This document shows, piece by piece, positions 33,762 to 49,337 of a stretch of 64,000 bases of DNA. Numbering within the stretch: position 1 is the first letter of the stretch; each line of letters begins with the position of its first letter. Made by a program: the position numbers and the translations under genes. The stretch spans positions 49,848,001 to 49,912,000 of the forward strand of contig NC_043002.1 of NCBI RefSeq assembly GCF_006345805.1, read 5' to 3'. The notes beneath the pieces were generated by a model. It was not told the origin of the DNA. It ran no database searches and worked only from the letters and a program-made list of their open reading frames with translations. The stretch is from Octopus sinensis (lineage: Eukaryota).

Positions 33762-35433
33762 CTTTGTATTTGCTCTCCACCACTGCTTGACAACCAGTGT
33801 TGGTTTGTTTATATTCCCATAGCTTAGCAGTTCAGTAGAAGAGATCAATTGAATAAGTACCTGATTTTTGGGAGAGAGGTAAAATTAAGTACTGAGGTTA
33901 ATTTGTTCAACTAAACCCTTCAAGGTGGTGCTCCAGCATGGCTGCAGTTAAATGACTAAATTAAGTAAAAGATTAAAAGTTATAAGATAAAGCCTTAGGG
34001 CCAATTTATGCCTTGTGGTGGATTTAGTTAACAGAAACTGAAAGAAGCCCATCATGTGTATATATACGTGTGTGTTTCTGTCTCCTCAGCTTGAGTTTGT
34101 GTCATAATTGTAAACAAGTGTCACCATTCTACAAGCAGTGTAGTGTGCTTCATTTTCAATCTTCTGTCTGATCATGGGGAAATATTACTTTACTTGGGAA
34201 CAGATGAGGGTTAGCAGCAGGAAAGGCATTCAGCTGTTGAAAACAACGCCTCAGCAAATTCTGTTTGAACTCATGCGTGCATGGAAAAATGGATATTAAA
34301 ATGATGATAATGATGGTGGTGGTGGTGATGATGATAATGATGACGATGACGACGATGGTGACGATGATGACGATGACGACAATTTGGGGCAAGGTTACAT
34401 CTAGGGGTCCAAAGCTCTTGCATTCAGAGGTTAATATTGATGACAACACAGGACATCCCTTTCATGAGTATGAGAAATCTGTTGAATGTGTCTAGTATAT
34501 AGAGTCGGCTTTTTGTACACGACAGCTGTCTCACATTGCGTTATTGCCGTAACCAGAGTCTGGATCTAGATGCGAAATCAAAATGAGACGGCTATTGGTG
34601 TATGGAGACTACTGTGATCTGGGACTGAACCAGAATAATCAGCTGTTGCTGGTGGTGGTGGTGGTGGTCGTGGGTGGAGATGGAGAGCAGGGGCAATTTG
34701 GAAGTGGTTGTGATAGTGGGGAGGCATGTCATTCGGATTTAATGGTGGTGGTGGTGGGGGTGATTGGTAGCAGAGGTGTGATCAGAGATGGTGATAGTAG
34801 TGATTGTGGTGATGTGACAGTGGGAGGAGGAATTAGTGTTGTTGTTGTTGGTGGTGGTGTTGGTGTAGGTGGTGGGTGGTGGTGGAGGTAATGTTAAATA
34901 AGCTGGTTTGTCATACATGTGTGTGTGTGTGTGTGTGTGTGACCAGAGAAGGAGAGCAACATGTTTGTTTTGAATAAAAACACATTCAATATAAATGAAA
35001 TACAACAGCAATTACTTTACCTTGCCACACTCCACCACTCCATACCACACACACACGTGACACACACACATGCACACATACACATGCACACACGCACACA
35101 TAACCACAGTATTAACACCTGTATCAAAATCAGATTATACTTGTGTCAATATTATTATTATTATTGTTGTTGTTGTTGCTGGTCTCTGTTGACAAAAAAG
35201 TAGATAAATAAATAAAAATCAACAAAAGAAAAACAAACAAAGAAACAAAGCAATGTTAATCACTAAGTAAGAAAATTAGAGAAGAAAGCAAAAACAAAAA
35301 CCAAAAAAAAAGAAACTGAAAAACTGTCAACAACGAACTAATCTTTTAATAATAATAACAACAACAACAATAATGTCAGTTAGCTTAAGAATTGTTGCTG
35401 TTGTTGATGTTGGTGGTGGTGGAGTCGATGTAT

Positions 35434-35466
<33 letters not shown>

Positions 35467-35755
35467 GTCATTAGGACTCAAGTGGTTATGTTTATTTGAT
35501 TTATTTTTCTCTTGTAAAAGTGACTGAGGTTCCACTAACTGGATTACAATGCCACTTGCCGCATTGCTTGTTATCTCAATGAAATTAGCTGGCTCCTAAT
35601 TGTATTACTGCTGCTACTGAAGAAGAACAAGAACAAGAAGAACAACAACAACAAACTCGACAACAACCATGACGGTGACGATGTTGACAATTGCGATAAT
35701 GATGACAATGAAAATGGCTGTCATAATGACGGTCAGGTGACGGCAATGATTGTCG

Positions 35756-35789
<34 letters not shown>

Positions 35790-36036
35790 AATTCTTAGTG
35801 ATTGCGAAGTTGATGGTGATAACCACGATGAGTGTATAATGCATAGTAACAGATCGCATAGAAAACGTGTATCTCTCGACAATATCATCCCATGTTCTTT
35901 TCGTGAAGTTGGGCCTATATTACGCGTTCCCGTTGCCCTGGAAATAATTGCTTTTTGTTTTGTTTTTCTGAAATATATATTGTTGAATTTGGAGTTTGTT
36001 TAATAAGAACATGCATCTTTTATGCCTACAAAAATG

Positions 36037-36081
<45 letters not shown>

Positions 36082-36295
36082 TACTCTTCTATTTGTTTCA
36101 GTTATTTGACTGCGGTCATGCTGGAGTACTGCCCTAAAGAATTTTAGTCAAAGAAATCGACCATGGGACTTGTTCTTTGTAAACCTAGTACTTGATTTAT
36201 TGGTCCTTTTTTGCCAAACCACTAAGTTACAGGGATGTAAACACACCAGCATCGGTGGTCAAGTGATGGTGGTGGGGAGACAAACACAGACATAA

Positions 36296-36327
<32 letters not shown>

Positions 36328-37705
36328 GTATGTGGTGTTGTGTATGTGTCTTTCTATCTGCTTCACATCACTTCATGACAGCCAGTTATATTCCTGTAAC
36401 TTTGTGAAATGCCAAAACAGACCAATAGAATGACTACCAGGCTTTAACTTTTAGCACACTGTAGGTGCATTATGTCACTGTGTGAGTTTTCTCACCTGCA
36501 GTAACAGGGCAACGGCAGGAGAAACAATTCAAGAAAAAATGCAATTCTTCAAAGTGGTGCCCCAGCATCACTGCAATCCAATATTTAGAACAACTAAAAG
36601 ATAAAAGATGGGCACAAAGCCAGAAAGCATTATGGGAAAGGAACAGTCATTTACATTGATCCTATTTAATGGCTAATTTATGTTGCTTCATTGAATACCT
36701 TTATTGAGAACTACTTACTAATTTCTTATTTCTTTACTGCCCAGAAGGGGCCACACATAGAGGGGACAAATAAGGACAGACAAACGAATTAAGTCGATTA
36801 TATTGACCCTAGTGCGTAACTGGTACTTATTTAATCGACCCCAAAAGTATTTAAATCAACCCCAAAAGGCAAAGTCGACCTCGGCAGAATTTGAACTCAG
36901 AACATAGCGGTAGACGAAATACCGCTAAGCATTTCACCCGGCATGCTAATGTTTCTGGCAGCTCACCGCCTTAAATTATTAATTTCTGCTTTACAAAAGA
37001 GGTTAGCCAACCTATAATCTGGCTGATGAGGCAAGAAAACAATTGTTGGTGTAGTTTTGGAGTTAAGAATTATGTGTTCACTACAGCTGTTTCTTGTGTA
37101 CAATAATATTTGCTTCTCAATTTTTTGTTGCTATTTTCTCTGAATCAAGATGTAGTCCTAACTGACGTATGTATGCAAACGGGCAAACACACGCACACTC
37201 TCAAGGCATGCAGTTTAGTGGTTTGAGTATTCGGGTGACAACCATAAGGTCATCAGTTCAATTCCTGGCTGCACATTCTGTTTTTGAGCAAGATACTTTA
37301 GTATGTGTGTGTGTGTGTATCTATATATAAATATTTATATGTAATTGTGTATAAATATGTGTGTGTGTGTGCATACAGAGAGAGCAAGACAAGTAATATA
37401 CAGAGACTCACATGCACATGTCTGCACATTTGCCATGGCATATATGTAAATATATATATATATACATACATACATACATACATACATACACGCATACATA
37501 TATATATATATACACACACACACACAAACACATAATATATCTTTAATGCCAGCATTCTTATATGTCACAGCCTCTGTCTAAGTGTGTGTATGTGTATAGA
37601 ACGCATATATATGTGTTTAAGAGAATGGAAAAGAAAGAAGTAATGTTAGCTGTATGATAAATGTTATAAAACTGTCAAATGTAATGCTTGTAGGTACGTA
37701 TACAA

Positions 37706-37736
<31 letters not shown>

Positions 37737-38451
37737 TATATATGCATACACACATATTTGCATACATATAATACACATGCACAAACATATATATATAAAT
37801 ATGTATATATACATACATCTGTATACACACAAATATATATGTACATATACACATACATATATATATACATGCATATATATATATATATGTATGTATATGT
37901 ATGTATATATATGTGTATATATGTTTATATATACAAACACACAAATATATATATACATACATACATACATATATACATGCAACTATACACAAGCACACAC
38001 ACACACACGTGTGTGTGTGTGTGTGTAAGTGGATGTAACTCAGACAATACAACTTCTGACTTAGACAAATGATAGGAAGCTATCAAACCCTGCCAATTGA
38101 TGTGTGTGTGTGTGTGTGTGTATGTGTCTTTACGAATGCAATGTTGGTGTTTGTGCTACATATAGCACGTGTGTGTGTGTGTGTGTGGTGTGTTTGAATT
38201 CTAGTTTTATTTTAACATACATTTTTGTGCATGTAGGTGACAGTGACAAAGAGGGCAGACTTTATGTGTCAAAGTGTTAAGAAAACTATGAAATCTCACA
38301 AAGTTGTTTGGAGGTGGTGGCAGTGATGGTAGTGGTGGTGGTGGTTTTGATGGTGGCAGTGTTGGTGGTTGCATAAAGGAGAGGTGAGAGTGGAGATGTG
38401 AATGTTAGCGTGTGCATATGTATGTGTTTTGGTGCATATAGAGATCTGTGC

Positions 38452-38486
<35 letters not shown>

Positions 38487-38617
38487 TTGGTGCATATGGA
38501 GAAGTAAATGTGTGTGTGTGTGTGTGTGTGTTTTGGCTCTAAGTTAGGTATATAATGATCCCATTTTATTATGACAGCACTCATTCAAAGCTATCTTTTA
38601 CACACACACACACACAT

Positions 38618-38660
<43 letters not shown>

Positions 38661-40031
38661 CTCATTGAAACATATAAGTATCAGAGAGAGAGAGAGAGAG
38701 AGAGAATGTCCTGACTCATCATCTGTTTTTCTCCACCCACACAGACCGGTCAACTAATATGTTTCACATTAATAATATGCTGCTACCACCACCACCACCA
38801 CCATTGTCTTCATCATCATCGTTGTCATCATCTTCGTTGGTCGTCGTCATCATTGTCATCGTGATCGCACTCATCATGACTATCAACTGTTAGGTCACAT
38901 CCAGAACTGTCAGCAAGTTACTAAGCCACCACCGTCACCACTTCCTTACTGACTTCACTATCATCATCATCATCATTGTCATCAAAACACTGTCATCATC
39001 ATCATCATCATTATCAAAACACTATCATTATCTTAATCATCATCATCATCATCATCAATACCACTGCCATCACCACCACCATTGCCAACACCACCACCAT
39101 GCTCATCATCAACATCATCAGTACCCCTACCATCACTACAACCACTACCACCACCATCACCATGATCATCAACACCATCATCATCATAAACACCCACCAC
39201 CACCACCACCATCATCATCACTGCCATAATCATTGACATCACCACTGCCAGCACCACCACCACCATAATCATTAACTACTCCATCATCATCATCATCATC
39301 CACAATTCCATCATCATCATCATCACATCATCATCATCATCATCACTGTCTTCCTTTTCACTTTCCTCCTCTTCCTTCTGTACCTCTTCCATTTTCCCTT
39401 CCTCCTTCTGCTACTCTTCATCGTCAGCAGCACAATCAACTTTGTGATCATTAATTATTATTGATGTTGTTGTCAACGTTGTCATCATCATCATCATCAT
39501 CATCATTATCATCATTATCATCATTAACTTTTATTGCAGCCATCATTATATTAGCACTCCCCTTTTACTATCGTTGTTGTTGTTCAACTTGCTAGAAATA
39601 GCAACTAAATATTTCCTGAAATAACACCCACTTGTCTTGGGAAGGACACATATGATAATAAATACAGTTGCAGGTGGATACAGACAAAACAGTTGAGATG
39701 GCCACAACTGGAGTGTATTTAATATAATTTCATAGTCAAGTTAAATATCATAATCATCATCATAAACATCATTTAACCCTCATCATCCTTACCACCATTA
39801 TCACCACCACCACCACCACCACCATCATCATCATCACCACCACCACAGTAATCATCATTATTGTCCATTATATCATAGTCTATAGATATTGTTATTGCCT
39901 TGAACGCATTTTCTTTGCCGCCACCTCTTATATTTTACCGTTTTCCTACAGGCTCAGAGTCACATGGCACTTTCTCCAAGTTTTGACTATCATTCTCACT
40001 CAATTTGTCTTTCTCTTTCTCTCTGTATGAT

Positions 40032-40065
<34 letters not shown>

Positions 40066-40576
40066 ATTATGTGTGCGTGTGTGTATGTATATAATATATA
40101 GATATATATATTAGTGTGCGTGTGTATATATAATATATATATATATCTATATATATATATAATATATATATTATATGTGTGCGTATATAATATATATATA
40201 CATATATATATTATATATATATATATATTTATGTGTGCGTATATATCTATATATATATTTATGTGTGCGATATATATATATATATATTTATGTGTGCGTA
40301 TATATATATATATATATATTTATGTGTGCGTGTATATATATATAATATATATATATATAATATATATATATATATATTACTCTTTACTATGTTTCAGCCA
40401 TCGGCTGAGCCATGCTACCGCCCTTGCTGGGGCACCGCCCTTATATATTACAAAAACACATACACACACACACATACATATGTACACGTGTGTGTGTGTG
40501 TATACAAACATATACATATTTATAAATATATATATATACACACACATTTCTATTTGTGTGTATGTGTTTGTTTGTT

Positions 40577-40608
<32 letters not shown>

Positions 40609-40686
40609 GTTTCAGCCTTTTCCTTTCATCTTCTACACTTATTTTTCTCTTTGCACTCACCTGCCCTCTTCTTTTCACTTTCTTTG

Positions 40687-40720
<34 letters not shown>

Positions 40721-41333
40721 CACAAACACACAGATGCACATACACACACTTATACATTCATAATGAATATATAATTTCTGTGTAACATATAAATATGCAT
40801 AAGTGTGTGTGTGTGTGTGTACAATATATCCATGAATGTACGTACATGGTTATACACACACACACACATATATAATCGCATACACACTTACACATACATA
40901 CACACAAACACACCCTCTCTCACTCTCCATGCACCATCACCATCGCCATATTTTAGCAGACAATACTGCCGCTCTCTAGACAGACAAACTCTGCCATTAT
41001 TCTCTCCTCCATCATCATCAAACCAGCACATGAAATCTACTTCCCTTTGATAACCTTTCTTACACACACTCTCTCTCTCTTGCTTTCTCTCTCCTCACTG
41101 CCCCACCCACCCCACATACACACGCACACACCCACACACGCACACACCCACACACACACCAGTATAGGTACATCTTCTTCCACCCACAAGTCCAATTCTT
41201 CTTCCTATCATACTCACATATATGGACTCATGTTTTTAGACACTTACACCCAAACTCTCATATTCATATGTGCATATATTTTATCACACACATTTACTCA
41301 CATACATATGTACACGAATGCACGTTTGTATAT

Positions 41334-41368
<35 letters not shown>

Positions 41369-41373
<5 letters not shown>

Positions 41374-41860
41374 TCATATTCATATACGCATACATCTCAT
41401 CCTTCATGCATTGTCTATCCCTTCCTCCTATCATACACACCTTCACTTACATACACTTTGGAAGGTACACATGCTTACACACATACATGTGCACACACAC
41501 ACACGCACACACACATATGCACACACGCACATACACTCTTATATTCATATACGCACACATCTCATCCTTCATGCATTGTCTATCCCTTCCTCCTATCATA
41601 CACACCTTCACTTACATACACTTTGGAAGGTACACATGCTTACACACATACATGTGCACACACACACACGCACACACACACGCACACACACATATGCACA
41701 CACGCACATACACTCTTATATTCATATACGCACACATCTCATCCTCCATGCATTGTCTATCCCTTCCTCCTATCATACACACCTTCACTCACATACACTT
41801 TGAAAGGTACACATACTTACACATATATTTGCACACACACATACGCACACACACACACGT
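41369..41860. repeat. Tandem triplication, 165-177-bp unit
   Basis: Units start at 41369, 41534 and 41711 (CACTCT.ATATTCATATACGCA.ACATCTCATCC...GGTACACAT); the length difference lies in the CA tract. Confidence 0.9.
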
Positions 41861-42639
41861 GTCTCATTCTTCACACTGATGTCCATTTCTTTTTCCTACT
41901 CACACACACATGCATATAGACTCACACCTCATATCCACAAACATACATACATACACATACATTCCTACCTTCCATCTTCGTGTATCACACGCACACACAA
42001 CACACACACACACATATGCACACACATGCACAACCCTGTCCTGCCCCCAGCCTCCACCATTTATGTTCCCTCCACTGCAGCCACCTATATAATAATATAT
42101 ACTGTAAGCTCATTATTCTTATTTTTAATTCAAATAATATTGATGGAACGTATACAAGGACTGCTTGATCTGTTAGAAATAGCAGCCAAATCTCCATCAG
42201 AATATACCCTGACATATTGAAGAGAAAAGGGGACTCATTGGATAATGTATTCCTAGATATAAAACGTCCAAGTAAATGACAGGATAGGCATGTCTGGAAC
42301 ACATTTGATCAAACTTCTGCACAAACTAGGTTGACTTGACCTGGTGCTAAACAGTTAAAAAGGGAGCTTAGACCAGCTAGAAATAACAGCTAAACCTCCC
42401 TTAGATCCATCTTAAATAACTTGGGATTGTCTTGTTTACTCTATTATTTGTTTCAGTCATCTGACTGCGGCCATGCTGGAGCATTGCCTTTAGTTGAACT
42501 AATGAACTCCAAGACTTATTCTTTGTAAGCCTATTACTTATTCTACCAGTCTCTTTTACCAAACCACTAAGTTACAGGGACACAAACACACCAACATCGG
42601 TTGTCAAGTGATGATGGGGTGACAAGCACAGACACAGAA

Positions 42640-42681
<42 letters not shown>

Positions 42682-43770
42682 CACATGCACATACAACAGG
42701 CTTCTTTCAGTTTCCGTTTATCAAATCCACTCACAAGGCTTTGGTTAGCCCAAGGCTATAGTAGAAGACACTTACTTGCCCAAGGTGCCACACAGTGGGA
42801 CTGAACCCAGAACCATGTGGTTGGAAAGCAAGCTTCTTACCACACAGCCACTTTGATTATAAGTCTGCTTCACCATACCTTCACCACCCCTTTCCTCTCC
42901 ACCTTATCATTCTCCATTCCAATCTCCACAGCTCTCTTTATATCTATCAATCTTCTCTTCATATCTATCAATCTTCTCTTCTCTCAGTAAGTACCCTCTC
43001 TTTGTTCTCTGGAACCCTCTCATCATTGTAACTGAGGGGGTGCCAATAGGATTTTTTTTTAGCATCAAATGGCTATGGGTGATCTCATAGAGTAAAAGAG
43101 TCAACCAAAGGGGTCCACATGTAAATAAATGGTTGCGAACCACTGATATAGAGAGAAATAGCCATGGTATTAAAAATCAGGATGGGAGAGGGTCTGGTCA
43201 GCAGAATTTTGGACATGCCAGAACAAAACCCCATCATGGCCAGGGCTATAGAAAAAGACACTCACCCAAGGTGCTGCACAGTGGGACTGAACCTGAAACC
43301 ATGTGGTTGCAAAGCAGTCTTCTTAACCACATTGCCACAGTCAGCACAACTCTGTTGCTAAACCCATACATATTATATTATTGCCATGTTGACCCATGTT
43401 TTATTAGTCTTAATCTGGCGTTTTCTTAATGAACGCCAATGCATTATTACATCTCATTACACCACACTGCACCATTTTTTTTTTTTTTTCTAAATTAATA
43501 ATTGTATGATGGATGTGTGGGTAGGTAAGAGGACTTGGTGGTGAGGAGAGTTCTTAGAAACTCTTGGAATTATTTTGCTTTAAAAAAAAAAATAAAGTTG
43601 GTAATTAAAATTGATTGTTCTTGGAGCAAAATATCTCTTCAACTTGAACATTTTTTCTCTCTTTGTGAAAGTATGCATGTGTGTGTGTCCGTGTGTGTGT
43701 GTGTGTGTGTGTGTGCATGTGTGTGCGTGTTTGTAAATTATCTGATTCAGATTTGAAAATATTTATATCA

Positions 43771-44330
43771 TCACTGTCAATATAACGAACATTAATATAA
43801 TCATCATCATCATATTATCATCCTTCTCCTCTTTCTCCTCCTCTTCTTTCTCTTCCTCATCCTCCTTCTTTTTTTCCTCTTCTTCTTTTTCTTTCTCCTT
43901 CCCTTCCGTCTTCTCTTCCTGCTGCTCCTCCTCCTCATCATCTTTATTTCATCACCATCATCATCACTGTCAATATAACGAACATTAATATAATCGTCGT
44001 CATCATCATCATCATCATTCTTCTCCCCTTTCTCCTCCACTTCCTTCTCTTCCTCATCCTCCTTCTTTTCTTCCTCTTCTTCTTTTTCCTCCCCCTTCCC
44101 TTCCTCTTTCTCTTCCTGCTCCTCCTCCTCATCATCTTCTTTATTTCATTACCATCATCATCACTGTCAATATAACAAACATTAATATAATCATCATCAT
44201 CATCATCATTACTGTCAATCTAATCAACATTAACATAATCATCATCATCTTCCTCCTCCTTCTCTTCCTCTCTGCTTCTTTCCTCACTATAGTTGACATT
44301 AACATCATCATCATCATCATCATAACCACC
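43771..44330. repeat. Compound minisatellite, about 195-bp unit with (CTT/CTC)n and (CAT)n
   Basis: TCACTGTCAATATAAC.AACATTAATATAATC recurs at 43771, 43964 and 44161. Confidence 0.85.
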
Positions 44331-45599
44331 ATTTACACAGTGAGCATTACCATCATCATCATCAGCAACAGCAGCAGCAGCATCACATAGTTAACATTGA
44401 CATGATCATCATCATCATTGTCTTCATCCTCATTAGCATTCTCGTTGCCAACTTCACTGTAATTGCCATCATGTTTGTAGTTATTATGTTTGTTTTTTCT
44501 TTTTATCATTAATTCAATATGAAGATGGTGGGCTGGCAGAATCGTTAGCACGCCAGGCAAAATGCTTAGCAGTATTTCATCTGCCGTTATGTTCTGAGTT
44601 CAAATTCTGCCGAGGTCGACTTTACCTTTCATCCTTTCGGGGGTCGATAAATTAAGTACCAGTGAAACACTGGGGTCGATGTAATTGACTTGTCCTCTGC
44701 CCCAAAATTTGAGCCTTGTGTCTAGAGTAGGAAGGATTATTAATTCAATATTAATTCTTCATATTCTGTGTGTGTATGTGTGTGTGTGAGAGATTCTGTA
44801 CTTGTGACCATGTATTTATGCGTATGTGCATCATTGCATTGTTCAGTGTGTGTGTGTGTGTGTGTGTGTGAATAAGTAAGTAAAGTTGTTGTTGGTGTTT
44901 AATCTCAGATCAGAGCTGATCAAGGAGACCTTTGATCAGAAGTGTTCCAGCCCTTCCCATCCCATCTATTTCTATCACTCCCTTGCAATATGTACCGTTC
45001 CACTACCTTTGCACTACCACTTCTACCATTTCACCGTTGTCACTCATTCCACCACTTGTATTATTTTATTGATCTTGAAAGGATGAAAGGTAACGTTGAC
45101 CTCAGCGGAATTTGAACACAGAACATAAAGGCAGACAAAATATCACTAAGCATGCTTAATGATTCTCCCAGCTCACCACCTTAATTATGATGATAACGAT
45201 GATGATGATGATGATGATAATGATGATCATCATCGTAATAATAGTTTCAAATTTTGGCACAAGGCCAGCAATTGTGAGGCGTGGGTTAAGTTGATTATAT
45301 CAACCCCAGTGTCTGACTGGTACTTATTGCATCGACCCTGAAAGTATGGAAGGCAAAGTTGATCTCAGCAAGATTTGAACTCAGAATATTAAGATCGATG
45401 AAATACCACTAAGCATTTTTCACCTGGCATGCTAACAACTCTGCCAGCTCACTTGCCTTAATAATAACAATAATAATGGTTTGAAATTTTGCTACAAGAG
45501 CAGCCATTTTGGGGGAGGGGATAAGTTGATTACGTTGACCCCAGTGTTTCACTGGTACTTAATTTATCGACCCTGAAGGAATGAAAGGCAAAGTTGACC

Positions 45600-46787
45600 T
45601 CGTCGGAATTTGAACCCAGAATGTAGCAATGGGAAAAATCCTGCTAAGCATTTCTTCCAGCGTCCTAATGATTCTTATTTCTTTACTGCCCACAAGGGGC
45701 TAAACATAGAGAGGACGAACAAGGACAGACAAATGGATTAAGTCGATTACATCGACCCCAGTGCATAACACGTACTTATTTAATCGACCCTGAAAGGATG
45801 AAAGGCAAAGTTGACCTCGGCGGAATTTGAACCCAGAATGTAGCAATGGGAAAAATCCTGCTAAGCATTTCTTCCAGCGTCCTAATGATTCTTATTTCTT
45901 TACTGTCCACAAGGGGCTAAACATAGAGAGGACGAAAAGCGGGACAGACAAATGGATTAAGTCGATTACATCGACCCCAGTGCATAACACCGTACTTATT
46001 TAATCGACCCCGAAAGGATGAATGAAGTGAAAGGCAAAGTTGACCCCTCGTCGGAATTTGAACCCAGAATGTAGCAATGGGAAAAATCCTGCTAAGCATT
46101 TCTTCCAGCGTCCTAATGATTCTTATTTCTTTACTGTCCACAAGGGGCTAAACATAGAGAGGACGAACAAGGACAGACAAATGGATTAAGTCGATTACAT
46201 CGACCCCAGTGCATAACACGTACTTATTTAATCGACCCCGAAAGGAATGAAGGCAAAGTTGACCTCGGCGGAATTTGAACCCAGAATGTAGCAATGGGAA
46301 AAACCTGCTAAGCATTTCTTCCAGCGGCCTAATGATTCTTATTTCTTTCCTGTCCACAAGGGGCTAAACATAGAGAGGACGAACAAGGACAGACAAATGG
46401 ATTAAGTCGATTACATCGACCCCAGTGCATAACACGTACTTATTTAATCGACCCCGAAAGGATGAAAGGCAAAGTTGACCTCGGCGGAATTTGAACCCAG
46501 AATGTAGCAATGGGAAAAATCCTGCTAAGCATTTCTTCCAGCGTCCTAATGATTCTTATTTCTTTACTGCCCACAAGGGGCTAAACATAGAGAGGACGAA
46601 CAAGGACAGACAAATGGATTAAGTCGATTACATCGACCCCAGTGCATAACACGTACTTATTTAATCGACCCCGAAAGGATGAAAGGCAAAGTTGACCTCG
46701 GCGGAATTTGATCTCAGAACATAAAGACAAACGAAATACCGCTAAGCATTTCGCCTGGCGCGCTAATGATTCTGCGAGCTCGTTGCC
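45600..46787 (-). repeat. Homogeneous tandem array of family A SINE, 216-231-bp period
   Basis: Units start at 45672, 45889, 46120, 46336 and 46553; near-identical, with private variants shared by all units. Confidence 0.95.
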
Positions 46788-47301
46788 TTATGCAGAGTAA
46801 TTAATAATAACAATAATAGTGTTAATGATGATGATGATAATAATAATTCTTTCTATTACAGGCACAAGACCTCACATTTTGGGGGGGAGGGGACTAGTTG
46901 ATTACAGTGTTTGACTGGTACTTATTTTATTGACCCCAAAAGGGATGAAATGCGAAGCTGACCTTGGCAGAATTTGAACTCAGAACATTGACAGATGAAA
47001 TGCCGCTAAGCATTTTGTCTAACACACTACTAATTCTGCCAGCTCCCCTACCTTAATAATAACAGTAATAATTATGATGATGATGATGATGATGATGATC
47101 ATAATAATAATAATAATAATAATAATAATAGTAATCCATCTGCTGTTTCTAATCACAGCACAGTTCACTGGATGTGCATACATACGCACACACCAGCCAG
47201 CATATGCATATTGGTGGGTGTGCAGCAGGCAGCAGCAGCGAGCTACAGGATGAGATGTGGAGTGCAACATACCCATTTCTGCTGCACCACCACCACCACC
47301 C

Positions 47302-47386
<85 letters not shown>

Positions 47387-48056
47387 TCTCTCCCTCCCAC
47401 CGATCCTCTGCTCTGTTGGACATTTTTCAGCAAAATTGATTCCTTCTATTTAACTGTGTTCTCTACTGACAAAATATATGTGTGTGTGTGTGTGTGTCAT
47501 TCCTCTCAATCTTCTCATAGTTGCAGTTACCATCGTTGTTGTTGTTATTATTAATGTTGTTTATGCATGTCTGTTGATGCTTGCTGCACGATGATATACT
47601 TTTTTTAATGGGTTTTTTTTGTTTGTTTGTTTGTTTTTTCTTCTTTCATTTACCATTTTTTTTTCCCTGCTGAAAGTTGAATATCTGACTACACAAGTGG
47701 GTAAAAAAGTAGCAGAGAGAGAGAGAGTGCATGTGTACATGGGTGCATTTGTTGCTGAGAGGTACAGCAGCTAATGTCACACACACACACACACACTTTC
47801 GCACATTATATATACACACACATATTCCATACTAGTCAAGCATGTATCTGTATATATTTGCCTGTGTGTGTGCATATTATCATCAATAACAACACACACA
47901 AACATAATGTAAATTAATATATGCATCAATATACATATATATATATATACACACACATATATATATATGTATATGTGTATATTTGTGAAGTTTTACCATA
48001 GCGTCGTAAATTTATCGATTGCTACTTCCAGTAAACATTGGTGCCTTGTAGCACTA

Positions 48057-48087
<31 letters not shown>

Positions 48088-48840
48088 CATCATCATCGTT
48101 TAATGTCCGCTTTCCATGCTAGCATGGGTTGGACGGTTTGACTGGGGTCTGGGAAGCCAGAAGGCTGCACCAGGCCCAGTCTGATCTGGCAGTGTTTCTA
48201 CAGCTGGATGCCCTTCCTAACGCCAACCACTCCGTGAGTGTAGTGATATATACATATATATATATATACACACACACATATATATGTGTATATATATGTA
48301 CACACACACACATATATATATATATATACATCTATACACACACATATCTATAATATACCTAACATATAACACATACATATATAAATTAAACACATTTATG
48401 ACATACATACAACCAGGAATATAAAGGAAAAGCATTTTTCTGGCTCATAGACACTCACACTTTTTCCTTTACTACTTCTCACACGGTGAAAGTACATGGC
48501 TCAGTGTTTAGAGCATTGTGCTCACAATCACAAAGTAGTGAGTTCAATTCCTGGACCGAACTGTGTGTTGTTTTCTTGACCAAGACACTTTATTTCACAT
48601 TACTCCAGTTCACTCAGCTGTAGAAATGAGTTGTGGTGTCACCAGTGTCAAACTTTATCAACCTCTGTTTTTCCCTTGGACAACATCGGTGGCGTGAAAA
48701 GGGAGGCTGGTATGCATGGATGACTGCTGGTCTCCCATAAACAACATTGCTTGGACTTATGCTTCAGAGGGGAATTTTCTTGGTGCAATCCCATAGTCAT
48801 TCATGACCAAAGGGGGTCTTTACTCACAGATATACAAATA

Positions 48841-49077
48841 CAGTAATCCCTCGCCATATCGCGGTTCCCTATCACGGTTCACCTATCACAGTTTATTATT
48901 TAAGCTTATATCGATTCCTCCGTGGTGTTGTTTTGCATTTATCTTAAAAAAAATATATACAAATTATAAAAATACTTTAAAAAAAATATGCAGTACAGTA
49001 CTGTTTCTACTTCGCAAATTTTCACCTATTGCAGGAGATTTTGGAATGTAACACCTGCGATAGTCAAAGGATTACTG
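48841..49077. mobile_element. pogo/Tigger-type MITE with TA TSD
   Basis: TA|CAGTAATCCCTCGCCATATCGC ... GCGATAGTCAAAGGATTACTG|TA. Confidence 0.85.
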
Positions 49078-49306
49078 TAAATACAAAACACCTTAATTAC
49101 ACCCATACACAAAGTAAATGAATAAACCAACCTGACAAACAAACAGAATGCACCTTTATCACAAACACACACACACGCACATATAGACATTCGCACACAG
49201 CATAAATAATGCAGTGAGCATACACACACATTGAAACAAATACATATTAACACATATGTTCATGTGTGCACACATACATACCCACAGCATGATTAAGACA
49301 CAAAGT

Positions 49307-49337
<31 letters not shown>

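Noticed and set aside
37015-37050. Possible third hammerhead relic: CTGATGAGGCAAGAAAACAATTGTT with palindromic ACAATTGT
   Set aside because: Stem II cannot close, GAAA is out of register, and stem I does not pair. At most a heavily decayed relic.
43810-44135. Arg/Lys-rich ORFs resembling protamines
   Set aside because: They come from (GAA/GAG)n tracts in a compound minisatellite, with no gene structure.
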